This document shows, one piece after another, positions 18,166-27,203 of a stretch of DNA of 50,729 nucleotides (the first letter of the stretch is position 1; every line of letters begins with the position of its first letter). The notes beneath the pieces were generated by a model. It made no database searches. It was not told the origin of the DNA and saw nothing but the letters and a program-made list of their open reading frames with translations. The position numbers and the translations under genes are program-made. This DNA comes from Candidatus Poribacteria bacterium (GTDB lineage: Bacteria > Poribacteria > WGA-4E > WGA-3G): assembly GCA_009845545.1 (NCBI GenBank), contig VXZK01000391.1, positions 1 through 50,729 of the forward strand, written 5' to 3'.

Positions 18166-19035
18166 ATGAAGAAGAGACGTGTTTTTATTATCTTAGGCAC
18201 TATCATCGGTTTGTTTTTCTTGATGCTCATCTTATTACGTTCCATGGGCGGTAGTGCATCAATGGGACAGAAAGTCGCTGTGATAGATGTTACAGGAATT
18301 ATCTCCAAATCCGATGCGACGATTAAACTCATTCACGCCTATCGCGATGACCCAAGCGTCAAGGCAATCGTATTGAGAATCGATTCACCCGGCGGCAGTG
18401 TCGCCCCCGTCCAAGAGATCTATACGGAATTGGAAAAGATCGAAAAACCGATAGTCGCTTCAATGGCGGGCAGCGCTGCATCAGGCGGCTATTATATTGC
18501 CTGTGCCGCTGACACAATTCTCGCAAACCCCGGCACATTAACCGGTAGCATCGGCGTTATTATGCAATTCACGCGGATGAAAGGTTTATACGACAAAGTC
18601 GGATTAGAACACCAAGTCATTAAGAGCGGCCAATTTAAAGACACCGGTTCACCTTTCCGGACGCTAACAGAAGAGGAGCAGGCAGTACTCCAAGCCACTG
18701 TCGATGATGTTTACAATCAATTTGTGGATACGATCGCTGAGGCACGCAGTAACCTTTTAACGCGTACCGAAGTCCTTGAACTCGCAGATGGACGGATCTT
18801 CTCTGGAAGGCAGGCGTTGGATTCAAAAATGATCGACCAACTTGGCAATCTACCGGACGCGATTAAAATCGCTGGAGAACTCGGAGGCATTGAAGGCAGC
18901 CCTAAGGTGCTACGTAGGGAGAAAAAAACATCGCTGTTTGAACAACTCGTCGGTATTAAACAGATGCCCCCTTTCGATGAGATGTTTAGTCTCCCCGGTG
19001 TTACCTTCCGTTACCAAATGAACCTTGGCGACTAA
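18166..19035 (+). CDS. sppA: Signal peptide peptidase SppA, 36K type
   Basis: 289 aa with an N-terminal TM helix, VLRIDSPGGSV, and AASGGYYIACAAD (catalytic Ser region). Confidence 0.92.
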   Translation: MKKRRVFIILGTIIGLFFLMLILLRSMGGSASMGQKVAVIDVTGIISKSDATIKLIHAYRDDPSVKAIVLRIDSPGGSVAPVQEIYTELEKIEKPIVASMAGSAASGGYYIACAADTILANPGTLTGSIGVIMQFTRMKGLYDKVGLEHQVIKSGQFKDTGSPFRTLTEEEQAVLQATVDDVYNQFVDTIAEARSNLLTRTEVLELADGRIFSGRQALDSKMIDQLGNLPDAIKIAGELGGIEGSPKVLRREKKTSLFEQLVGIKQMPPFDEMFSLPGVTFRYQMNLGD

Positions 19036-19059
19036 ATTCCCCCACTATGAGACAGACAG

Positions 19060-20169
19060 ATGGATGACACCTACCAAGTTAACCCAGACTGGAGAAAACT
19101 TGCCAGTCAAGTTGTCAAGCCGCAACAGATTGTACTCGTGATAGGCGCGACCGATGCAGGAAAATCGACGTTTTGCCGTTTTTTAGCGGATTTCGCACTC
19201 GCAAAAGGATTCAAAGCCGCTTGCGTCGATGCAGACATCGGGCAGTCCCAAATCGGTCCCCCTACCACAATCGGTGTAAAGTCCTTCGCCGCGCGAAATG
19301 AAACCCAATTACCATCAGCGCAAGAAACGATGTTAGACAGCGGACAAAACCGAGGAGAAAAAAATATTGTATTTGATGGCACGGCGGATCAACTCTATTT
19401 CGTCGGTGATGTGTCACCGAATGGACACTTTCTTGAGACCCTCACTGGCGTCCGACTGATGGTAGATAGTGCACGCGATACCGATGCCGATTTCATTATT
19501 GTTGATACCACCGGCTATGTTCATGATCCCCCCGCAGTCATTCTCAAACAGCATAAAATTGAACTCATCAGACCCAACCACCTCATCTGCATCGGGCGTT
19601 CTACCGAATTCGAGCAGATAACGGCGTACTACAGCCAACAGGCGTGGCTCAATATTCATTATCTCTTGCCACACCGGAGCGTCCGATTGAAAAGCGGTAA
19701 TCTGCGAAGTCGGTACCGAAAGGACCGATTTGACATGTACTTCTCTGAGAGTCGCGTGCAACTGCTCCCTTTTGAACAGATTCGTGGTGGACGCACTCCC
19801 TTTTTCATAGGGCGTCCCGCAAATGAGAAAGAGTTAGAAATCCTCTCTCAGCTCGCCGAAACGCAAGTTTACTATGCTGAATGGGGAAATCGTACCTTAT
19901 GCTGCATTGTGGCGAGACATCTTTCCAAAGCAACGATCACCTATATTAAAAATTATTTAAGTTTGACGCGCGTTACAGTCGAGGTCTCTACCTACTTTAA
20001 ACGCCGCTTGGTTGGATTAATCGACAGGACCGGTAAAACTGCTGCCATCGGTGTCATTGAGGCTGTGGATTTCCAAAAGCGAGAACTTAGCGTTCGCTGC
20101 AAAACTGATGCTGTAAAGCAGGCGTGTGCGATTCAATTTGGCGATTATCAGTTAAGGTCAAGCAAGTAG
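19060..20169 (+). CDS. Clp1/Grc3-like P-loop polynucleotide 5'-kinase family protein
   Basis: 369 aa. VLVIGATDAGKSTFCRFLADFALAKGFKAACVDADIGQSQIGPPTTIG matches the Clp1_P layout (GKST...vDlDvGQ..i.pPG.i). Confidence 0.6.
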   Translation: MDDTYQVNPDWRKLASQVVKPQQIVLVIGATDAGKSTFCRFLADFALAKGFKAACVDADIGQSQIGPPTTIGVKSFAARNETQLPSAQETMLDSGQNRGEKNIVFDGTADQLYFVGDVSPNGHFLETLTGVRLMVDSARDTDADFIIVDTTGYVHDPPAVILKQHKIELIRPNHLICIGRSTEFEQITAYYSQQAWLNIHYLLPHRSVRLKSGNLRSRYRKDRFDMYFSESRVQLLPFEQIRGGRTPFFIGRPANEKELEILSQLAETQVYYAEWGNRTLCCIVARHLSKATITYIKNYLSLTRVTVEVSTYFKRRLVGLIDRTGKTAAIGVIEAVDFQKRELSVRCKTDAVKQACAIQFGDYQLRSSK

Positions 20170-20200
20170 ATTGGGGTGAACCGAACGGTCAGGATTAGGC

Positions 20201-22114
20201 ATGGATAAGGAACCTCTCACAAAAAACCCACTCTTTAAACGATTTGTGCGGTATCACACACCTTACACCGGTTCCATCCTCTTGGCGATGGCTTTCGCAT
20301 TCGTGGGTGCTGTGTGTGCCTTAGGTGTCCTTCAACTTGTTTTGCATGATGCCGTTAACGCTCTTGAAGCTGTCAGTGGCAATTCGTTTGACGAACCTGT
20401 ATCTGTCCGTTACTTCCAGCGCGAGGGTAATGAAGGAATGTTCGCTTTTGATGGTTTTGAGGTGGTATTAGTAGATGCTGACGATGCGCTTAAATACTTT
20501 TTATGGCTACTCGGTGGAATGCTTATTCTCGTTCTCATCAAAGGTTGCTTTGTTTACGGCAACGATTATGTGATAGCGCGTGTCGGGCATAAACTCGCCT
20601 TTCGGTTACGCAATGCCCTTTACGAGCGAATTGTTTCTGCACCGTTAGGTGTTTTACGCGAAGAGCGCACCGGCGACCTCATGACACGTATCACGGAAGA
20701 TGTTCGCGTCTGGCAGACGCTTGTTGCCGCGATGGCGGGTATCATACGCGCTGTTGTTCTTGTTGTTTCTTTCGTTTCTGTGATGCTAATTGATAGTTTC
20801 AAACTTACCTTCTTTGTTTTAGTGCTCCTTCCGCTGCTCGCTTATCTGATTACGCTTGTTGGTAGGCGAATTCGTAGTGCCAGCATAGAGATTCAACAAC
20901 AGAGTGCAGACATCTATTCACAACTCAAAGAGACATTTTCCGGCATCAAGATTATCAAAAGTTTTACATCTGAACAGACGGAAACAGAACGTTTCCGAAC
21001 CATTAATTGGAGTCAATACTGCTCAGCGATTCGGCGTGCCCGTTTCGCAGCACTCCTCCCGCCTCTGATTGAATGGTTGGGCGCTATTGGAATTGCAACA
21101 GTTTTTGGATTATGCTGTTGGCAAGTGATTAATGGGCAGCTCTCTATAGGGTGGTTCATCCGTTATGTTGGGATGGTAAGTTACATGTTCAAACCGATTA
21201 AAACAATTGGCAACGTCAACACTGCTTTACAACAGTGCCTTGCCTCTGCGGAACGGATTTTTTATCTCCTCGATTTCGGAGCTGAGACAGGTCCGCAAAA
21301 TAGCATAGATGGGCGCGACCTATCTACGGAAAAATCGACGGATCGGATTGAACTGAAAAATATCCGCGGCACCGTCACATTCCAAAACGTCACCTTCTCT
21401 TATTCGCAAGACTCAGAAAACCGGCAAGCACCTTCCAAACCTGTTATTGATAACGTGACTTTTGAGGCGAAGCCGGGAGAAGTCGTCGCACTCGTCGGAC
21501 CGAGTGGCAGTGGGAAAACGACGCTCCTCAATCTTTTGCTGCGTTTCTATGAAGTCAATTCTGGGAAAATTTTGATTGACGATGTACCTATTTCTGAAGT
21601 AAAACTCGAGTCGTTGCGACAAAATATTGCACTCGTTCCACAAGATACGTTCCTCTTTGACGGGACAATTCTGGAAAATATCGGTTATGGCTGCCCAGGG
21701 GCTACCGATGCGGCGATCGTTGCAGCGGCGCAGAAAGCAAACGCGCACGAGTTTATCACAAAAACTCCGAACGGATACGCTACACCAATAGGGGAAGCAG
21801 GCGTGAAACTCTCCGGCGGCGAACAGCAACGCCTCTCTATCGCGCGCGCACTCCTAAAAGATGCACCGATTCTTGTTTTAGACGAAGCCACGTCTTCACT
21901 GGATACGCAGTCTGAAGCACTCATTCAAGAATCGTTGACAAACCTCATGCAAGGGAGAACCAGTTTTATTATTGCACACCGGCTATCAACCGTTGTCCGA
22001 GCGGATAAAATTCTTGTTATCAAAGATGGAGAGATTTTGGAAACTGGAACACACCAAACACTGTTAGCGAAGGGCGGGTTGTATAAAAAATTCTGTGAGA
22101 TGCAACTCAGTTAA
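20201..22114 (+). CDS. ABC exporter, fused permease-ATPase (MsbA/lipid-flippase-like)
   Basis: 637 aa with a six-TM N-terminal half. Motifs: Walker A GPSGSGKTT, signature LSGGEQQR, Walker B ILVLDEATS. Confidence 0.92.
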   Translation: MDKEPLTKNPLFKRFVRYHTPYTGSILLAMAFAFVGAVCALGVLQLVLHDAVNALEAVSGNSFDEPVSVRYFQREGNEGMFAFDGFEVVLVDADDALKYFLWLLGGMLILVLIKGCFVYGNDYVIARVGHKLAFRLRNALYERIVSAPLGVLREERTGDLMTRITEDVRVWQTLVAAMAGIIRAVVLVVSFVSVMLIDSFKLTFFVLVLLPLLAYLITLVGRRIRSASIEIQQQSADIYSQLKETFSGIKIIKSFTSEQTETERFRTINWSQYCSAIRRARFAALLPPLIEWLGAIGIATVFGLCCWQVINGQLSIGWFIRYVGMVSYMFKPIKTIGNVNTALQQCLASAERIFYLLDFGAETGPQNSIDGRDLSTEKSTDRIELKNIRGTVTFQNVTFSYSQDSENRQAPSKPVIDNVTFEAKPGEVVALVGPSGSGKTTLLNLLLRFYEVNSGKILIDDVPISEVKLESLRQNIALVPQDTFLFDGTILENIGYGCPGATDAAIVAAAQKANAHEFITKTPNGYATPIGEAGVKLSGGEQQRLSIARALLKDAPILVLDEATSSLDTQSEALIQESLTNLMQGRTSFIIAHRLSTVVRADKILVIKDGEILETGTHQTLLAKGGLYKKFCEMQLS

Positions 22115-22410
22115 CGGGTATTCTAAGCACTTTTAGAACTCTACCCATTTGCCTACGGAGAGATGGAAGTGCTGTTAACCCGTTATAAAAAATCGTACAC
22201 GAATTATCCGAGGCAAAAAAATGAACTTTAGGTAAACCTCTTGTATTATGTTAACGTCACATATAATAGAAAAAAGGAGAAGTGCTATTAAGTATTTTAG
22301 TCTCAATCTCGGAATCATAGAAATAATCCGGGGATTGAGACTATCAGTCAGAAGTGCCAGTGAGGGCTATAACGAGTTACGGAAACCCGCGAAGAAGTTA
22401 ATTACGTTGC

Positions 22411-22986
22411 TTAATTTCGTCCTTTTTTGGTGATAGCACCTTTGAGATCGGATTCGCGATACACGGCTTCAGAGAGGTCTACCTCGTATAGATACGCATC
22501 TTTAAAATTAGCACCGAGCAAAACAGTGCCTTTCAGTTTGATTTCACCGAAAATCGCTTCTTCAAGGTTCGCATTCTCAAAACTCGTGAGTGAACCGAAA
22601 GGGCCCGGTACTTCGCATTGCGGACAGCCAAGCGTAGCGCGGCGCAAATCGGCATCTCGGAAGTTAGTACTACAAAGCAGACTGCCACTCAGGAAAGCAC
22701 CCTGTAGATTTGCTTTCTCAAGGTTTGCGTCTGTTAAATTAGAACCGACCAGATACGTCCGATGTAGCGTAGCACCAGAAAGGTCTGCACCGGCGAGATT
22801 CGCATCGTTTAGATTCGCTTCTGTTAAGTCCGTGTTCCGTAGGTCGGTACCGCTCAAATCCGCTGCCGACAGATCAATACCGGCGAGCGATTGATTCGCT
22901 AAATCAAGGTTTGCAAGATTTTCACCAGAACAGGATTCACCAGCTTGGCACCGTTTTATAATTTCGGCTTGTGTGAGTTGAGCCAT
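22411..22986 (-). CDS. Pentapeptide-repeat protein
   Basis: 191 aa with continuous A(D/N)LxG-type pentads (ADLSGTDLRNTDLTEANLNDANLAGADLSGA...). Confidence 0.9.
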   Translation of the reverse strand: MAQLTQAEIIKRCQAGESCSGENLANLDLANQSLAGIDLSAADLSGTDLRNTDLTEANLNDANLAGADLSGATLHRTYLVGSNLTDANLEKANLQGAFLSGSLLCSTNFRDADLRRATLGCPQCEVPGPFGSLTSFENANLEEAIFGEIKLKGTVLLGANFKDAYLYEVDLSEAVYRESDLKGAITKKGRN

Positions 22987-23201
22987 TAACTACCTCCAAT
23001 GGTTATACCGAGTTCGCTTTATCTGTTCGCCTATGTGGCTTCCTAAACTTGCAGGCTAATATTAAGATATATCAAATGATTACACTTAATAGCATATCAC
23101 ATACCTACTAAAAAGTTAAACCTTTTTTCATAATTTTCGCTATGTAGGACAAATTCAAAAACACTTCGGTCTGGAGATCGATACTACAGTGAGGTGAGGA
23201 C

Positions 23202-24836
23202 ATGAGAAACTATTATCCGGCATACCCGGTAGAACCTGAACTTTTTGCAGAGGAAGAGGAGAAGGATGAGGATCCAGTAGAAGCACCAAAGGATGAGACC
23301 TTTGCATACTTACAAAAAATAGCCAAGACACCTTTGTTGGATCCTAAACAAGAGACCGCACTCTTTGAAAAATACCAAGAAGGTCTCCAGATGTTCACCA
23401 CTAAATTAAATGAATTTCCGAAGTGGATGTTAGCCTCACTGAACATTGCTGAGGAAAATGCGCTAAACAATAAACACAAATTTGAACCTCCGCAATCAGA
23501 ACACGGGTTAATTATAAGCCAAATTCGCGCAGAAATTCAAGCACTGGGTGTTTTATTGGACAAATTAGAGACAAAGGCGAAATTACTCAAGCAAGCACGG
23601 TGGAAAATTTTTCAGGGGAACTTACATCTCCTGAAAAAATATGTTGACGAAACCTCGCCCCCCGAATTAATGCAGGCCGGAAGCCTTGGACTCTTGAAGG
23701 CAATTGACAATGACGATACAAAACGCGGGGCGGAATTCCGAACTTATGCCCGACAAACCATCCGGCGCAGCATTAGTGCATTTAACGAAAAAGTGGCAAA
23801 ATCGAGGCAACAGCCACGTGAAATGCCACTTACAGAAATACCACCGGTACGCGACTTTGCGCGTGTCGCACTTACGCCTTTTGACGAGGCGCAGGAATCC
23901 CACGCTTTTCAAGAGTACGACGTTATTCGTTGTGAGATCGAAACACTCTTGGAGGAATTACCACCCGATATGTTGCCCAACGGGACCGCTACGCGTTCGC
24001 TACGCGCATTACGGTTCGTTCTTGAAGACTTACGAAACGAATTCGCACATATCAAGTGGTTGGCGGATCAGTTGGAGACGGCGGATCAAATTACACACGG
24101 CACGAAACTGAAAATCGTTGAAGCGAATCTCCGCCTTGTTGCCAGCATCGCGAAGCAACATCACTTCAGCAAAACATCGTTAACCTTCCTCGATTTGATG
24201 CAGGAAGGCAGCCTCGGATTGATGCGCGCCGTGGATAAATTCGACCACACCCTCAAATTTCGATTCAGCACTTATGCAACATGGTGGATTATGCAGTCCA
24301 TCAAACGCGCACTCGACCAACAAGGGCAGATGATTCGCGTCCCGTGCTATATCGGCGAAGCCCGACGTGCCATTAAACAGGCGCAGTCGGACCTGACCAC
24401 CGAACTCGGACGCGAACCGACAACAACCGAAATCGCAAGCGCAGTTGAACTCACTGAAAAAAAGGTCTCTGAAATTTTCAACGCTACGCGGGACCCTGTA
24501 CCGCTTGACGCACCCATTAATGAGGATTCCCCGGACGGTTCATTTTCTGAACTCATTCCGGATCAATCTCAAATTACACCCGAAAACTATTTGCTCGATT
24601 ACGCCAAAATTGAGGTGATCACTGAAACACTCAACCGGACGCTCAACCCACGTGAAACACAGGTAATCATCTTACGATATGGGTTGATTGATGGCACTGA
24701 ATACACACTGGCGGATATCGGAGATAAACTCCGAATCAGCCGGGAGCGCGTGCGGCAAATCGAGTCTGAAGCCATTTTCAAACTCAAACGCCACGAATCT
24801 AAAGAATTGCTCCAAGAGTTGCTTCAGGTTTCTTAA
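23202..24836 (+). CDS. Sigma-70 family (group 1/2-like) RNA polymerase sigma factor with an extended N-terminal half
   Basis: 544 aa. Region 2 is [17 protein letters not shown]...[17 protein letters not shown]...[17 protein letters not shown]. Region 4 is [27 protein letters not shown]. The Shine-Dalgarno sequence gaggtgagga precedes the ATG. Confidence 0.9.
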   Translation: MRNYYPAYPVEPELFAEEEEKDEDPVEAPKDETFAYLQKIAKTPLLDPKQETALFEKYQEGLQMFTTKLNEFPKWMLASLNIAEENALNNKHKFEPPQSEHGLIISQIRAEIQALGVLLDKLETKAKLLKQARWKIFQGNLHLLKKYVDETSPPELMQAGSLGLLKAIDNDDTKRGAEFRTYARQTIRRSISAFNEKVAKSRQQPREMPLTEIPPVRDFARVALTPFDEAQESHAFQEYDVIRCEIETLLEELPPDMLPNGTATRSLRALRFVLEDLRNEFAHIKWLADQLETADQITHGTKLKIVEANLRLVASIAKQHHFSKTSLTFLDLMQEGSLGLMRAVDKFDHTLKFRFSTYATWWIMQSIKRALDQQGQMIRVPCYIGEARRAIKQAQSDLTTELGREPTTTEIASAVELTEKKVSEIFNATRDPVPLDAPINEDSPDGSFSELIPDQSQITPENYLLDYAKIEVITETLNRTLNPRETQVIILRYGLIDGTEYTLADIGDKLRISRERVRQIESEAIFKLKRHESKELLQELLQVS

Positions 24837-24850
24837 AAGTGAGCAGTGCG

Positions 24851-24875
24851 ACGGTCACCTTGTTGAGGTGACCGT
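24851..24875 (+). terminator. Stem-loop after the sigma factor gene (possible terminator)
   Basis: 9-bp perfect stem acggtcacc/ggtgaccgt with loop ttgttga, 15 nt after the stop. The trailing sequence is T-rich but has no clean U-run. Confidence 0.4.
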
Positions 24876-24965
24876 TAACTCTTAATTCGGTCTTTGCATA
24901 GTCGTAGGCACACGCCGTGTGCCGGCACTACACGACACCAAATATCCAAAAAAGGTATAACCACG

Positions 24966-26273
24966 TTGAAGATTGCGTATTTTGACTGCTTTTCGGGGAT
25001 CAGTGGCGACATGACACTCGGTGCTTTGGTTGATGTAGGTGTACCACCCGAAATACTTACAGATCGATTGGCGACCCTCAAACTTGATGCTGAGTTCAGT
25101 CTTCGCTTTGAAAAATCCGTAAAACACGGTATCACCGGTACACGGGCGATTGTAGAGGTGCATCCAGCGCACACGCCTTCACACGAGGAAGCCGCCCATG
25201 AGCATACACATACGCACGCCCATGATCACGGGCATTCTCACCAGCATCATGAACACGGACCGAGTCGCCACCTCGCCGATATTTTCAAGCTGCTTGACGA
25301 TAGCGATGTGGATGCTGAGGTTCGGGATACCGCAAAACGCGTCTTTGACCGACTCGCGGAGGCGGAAGCAAAAGTTCACAATACAACGAAAGATAAAGTA
25401 CATCTCCACGAAGTCAGCGGAATCGATTCAATCGTAGACATCGTCGGTGCTGTCATCGGTCTTGCCCATCTGGATGTTGACGTTGTTTACGCATCTCCGC
25501 TCTCTCTGGGTCGCGGTTTCGTCCGGTGCGCACACGGATTTATGCCCGTTCCTGTCCCCGGCACGATGGAACTCCTACGGGGTGTGCCGATCCATCAAAC
25601 CGACATTCCGAAGGAATTAGTCACCCCGACGGGTGCTGCACTCATTACGACGCTATCGCAAGAATTCGGGGTCATGCCACAGATGCGATTGGACCGCGTC
25701 GGATACGGTGCCGGTACTCGCGACTTGGAACAACGTCCAAACCTTCTCCGCCTCTGTCTCGGCGAAAAAACGTCGGACATCAATTCAAAGACGACCCATC
25801 ATCACACTGAAACGGACAGTGTTGATATTATTGAAACCAATGTAGACGATATGTCGCCAGAGATTACCGGTTATGTTACCTCCCAACTCTTTGAACACGG
25901 CGCGCTTGATGTCTTTCTCATCCCCATCTTCATGAAAAAGGGTAGACCCGCGACACAAATCACTGTGCTAACCCCTACTGTGCATCGTGACAAACTCATC
26001 GAACTCCTCCTCACCGAAACCACGACTTTCGGCGTTAGGCTCTCTTCTGCTGATCGGATTAAACTGCGTCGTGATTTTGTCCAAGTCGAAACGCAGTGGG
26101 GCGCGATCCAAGCGAAACGTGGATATTTCAACGGCACGCTTATCAAGACCGTCCCTGAATATGAGGACTGCAAACGCCTCGCCGAACAAAATAACGTTCC
26201 ACTCCGACAAGTCTATACCGAAGCGCTCAGCAACCTCGGTTCTGTTAACCCAGTAGATCAGCCCGAAATCTAA
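24966..26273 (+). CDS. larC: LarC: nickel-pincer cofactor biosynthesis nickel insertase (DUF111)
   Basis: (L)KIAYFDCFSGISGDMTLGALVDVG is the canonical LarC N-terminus, so I place the start at TTG 24966. The ATG at 24894 lies in a repeat-like spacer. A His-rich tract HEEAAHEHTHTHAHDHGHSHQHHEHG is present. Confidence 0.88.
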   Translation: MKIAYFDCFSGISGDMTLGALVDVGVPPEILTDRLATLKLDAEFSLRFEKSVKHGITGTRAIVEVHPAHTPSHEEAAHEHTHTHAHDHGHSHQHHEHGPSRHLADIFKLLDDSDVDAEVRDTAKRVFDRLAEAEAKVHNTTKDKVHLHEVSGIDSIVDIVGAVIGLAHLDVDVVYASPLSLGRGFVRCAHGFMPVPVPGTMELLRGVPIHQTDIPKELVTPTGAALITTLSQEFGVMPQMRLDRVGYGAGTRDLEQRPNLLRLCLGEKTSDINSKTTHHHTETDSVDIIETNVDDMSPEITGYVTSQLFEHGALDVFLIPIFMKKGRPATQITVLTPTVHRDKLIELLLTETTTFGVRLSSADRIKLRRDFVQVETQWGAIQAKRGYFNGTLIKTVPEYEDCKRLAEQNNVPLRQVYTEALSNLGSVNPVDQPEI

Positions 26274-26405
26274 CGCTTCATTATTAGGGTAATACATCCC
26301 ATCTTCGTTATACCTATCAAAATTCCGAAGAAATCAGGTACTTGCGGGTTTACCCTAACAGTGCCTGTTTTCATTTATACCAAAAACGACACAGGATGGA
26401 TAAAA

Positions 26406-27188
26406 ATGAACACTTTAAACAACAAAATCGCGCTTAATTTTGACAGTGACGCAGAAGTGTCTGTCACAGGCTTCATTGCGCCGATTGCGCATACACTCTC
26501 TAACTTCCACGTTGAGTGGGAGACATTGGCGAATCTACGCGTTTCTGAGCCGGAGAAGCAGCATCACGTATCTATTTTTCAAGCATTTCTTCCAGATGAA
26601 CCAGTTTCAGTAGGTGAGTGCTGGCGGATTGAAGAGACCGGTGTAATGGAGCTGCTTCGACAACTAAATCCTAATCCAAATCTGGATATGCATATGACTT
26701 CCGGAGATTCTCTCGGTTTGTGGGCATGCCTACGCGCGTACAATGATCAATTCGCCGACATCGCGTTTCGGGTTCATGCGGAATTTAAATTAGAAGATGG
26801 CTGGCTTACGCCTTCGCAGTTTGCCGGAAACCTTATAATTGACCGACTTGAGGGAAAAATCGCTTTCTTTGAAATGTCCGTCCCCGCAGGTACGGTGAAC
26901 CTCGATATCGGTTGGAAAGAAGACAAAGAGGCATCTTATTCTATTACGGATGCAGGTTTTTGCTCGCAAATGCAACTCCGTGCTGGGGCGCGAGAGGTTG
27001 CGCAGAACATAGAACTTTCAACATCTATCACCCAAGAAGAAGCAGAACGCGTGTTAGCAGGACGTTTCTACAAGTCAGAACAAATTAACTGGGTATCCCC
27101 ATATCAAGCAGTGGAGAGAGCAGCGGCAGAGGTGAAGCTTATTCATGTGATTTCGATAGACGGTCCGTTGGCTGATGAATCCTGCTGA
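26406..27188 (+). CDS. N-terminal part of a thioredoxin-like protein, ending at an in-frame TGA directly after Cys
   Basis: The ORF ends ...INWVSPYQAVERAAAEVKLIHVISIDGPLADESC-TGA. The start is probably ATG 26406, because GTG 26361 abuts a long hairpin. See the finding on possible selenocysteine read-through. Confidence 0.6.
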   Translation: MNTLNNKIALNFDSDAEVSVTGFIAPIAHTLSNFHVEWETLANLRVSEPEKQHHVSIFQAFLPDEPVSVGECWRIEETGVMELLRQLNPNPNLDMHMTSGDSLGLWACLRAYNDQFADIAFRVHAEFKLEDGWLTPSQFAGNLIIDRLEGKIAFFEMSVPAGTVNLDIGWKEDKEASYSITDAGFCSQMQLRAGAREVAQNIELSTSITQEEAERVLAGRFYKSEQINWVSPYQAVERAAAEVKLIHVISIDGPLADESC

Positions 27189-27203
27189 GGGAGCGGCAAA
27201 GGC

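Noticed and set aside
22427-22894. Long antisense or alternative-frame ORFs inside confidently called genes. Examples: 22427-22894(+) in the pentapeptide gene, 38911-39483(-) and 37909-38244(-) in WD40, 9470-9991(-), 15988-16536(-), 10864-11403(+), 13039-13551(+), 36250-36810(+), 49988-50542(-).
   Set aside because: They lie wholly within genes that carry strong family motifs on the other strand or frame. Their products are low-complexity (Ser/Arg/Pro-rich) mirror images of repeat-coding DNA. No Shine-Dalgarno sequence or domain signal was seen.
24894-24965. ATG 24894 as the larC start (adds MHSRRHTPCAGTTRHQISKKGITT).
   Set aside because: The extension overlaps a palindromic repeat-like spacer (ggcacacgccgtgtgcc) and is not LarC-like. 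LarC homology begins at (L)KIAYFDCFSGISGDM, consistent with the TTG at 24966.
27186-27188. Genome-wide TGA reassignment (genetic code 4 or 25) as an explanation for the in-frame TGA.
   Set aside because: Several well-delimited genes in the window terminate at TGA, with homologous protein ends and following terminator or spacer features (for example 6578-7003, 8213-9223, 17288-17923). TGA is therefore normally a stop here.
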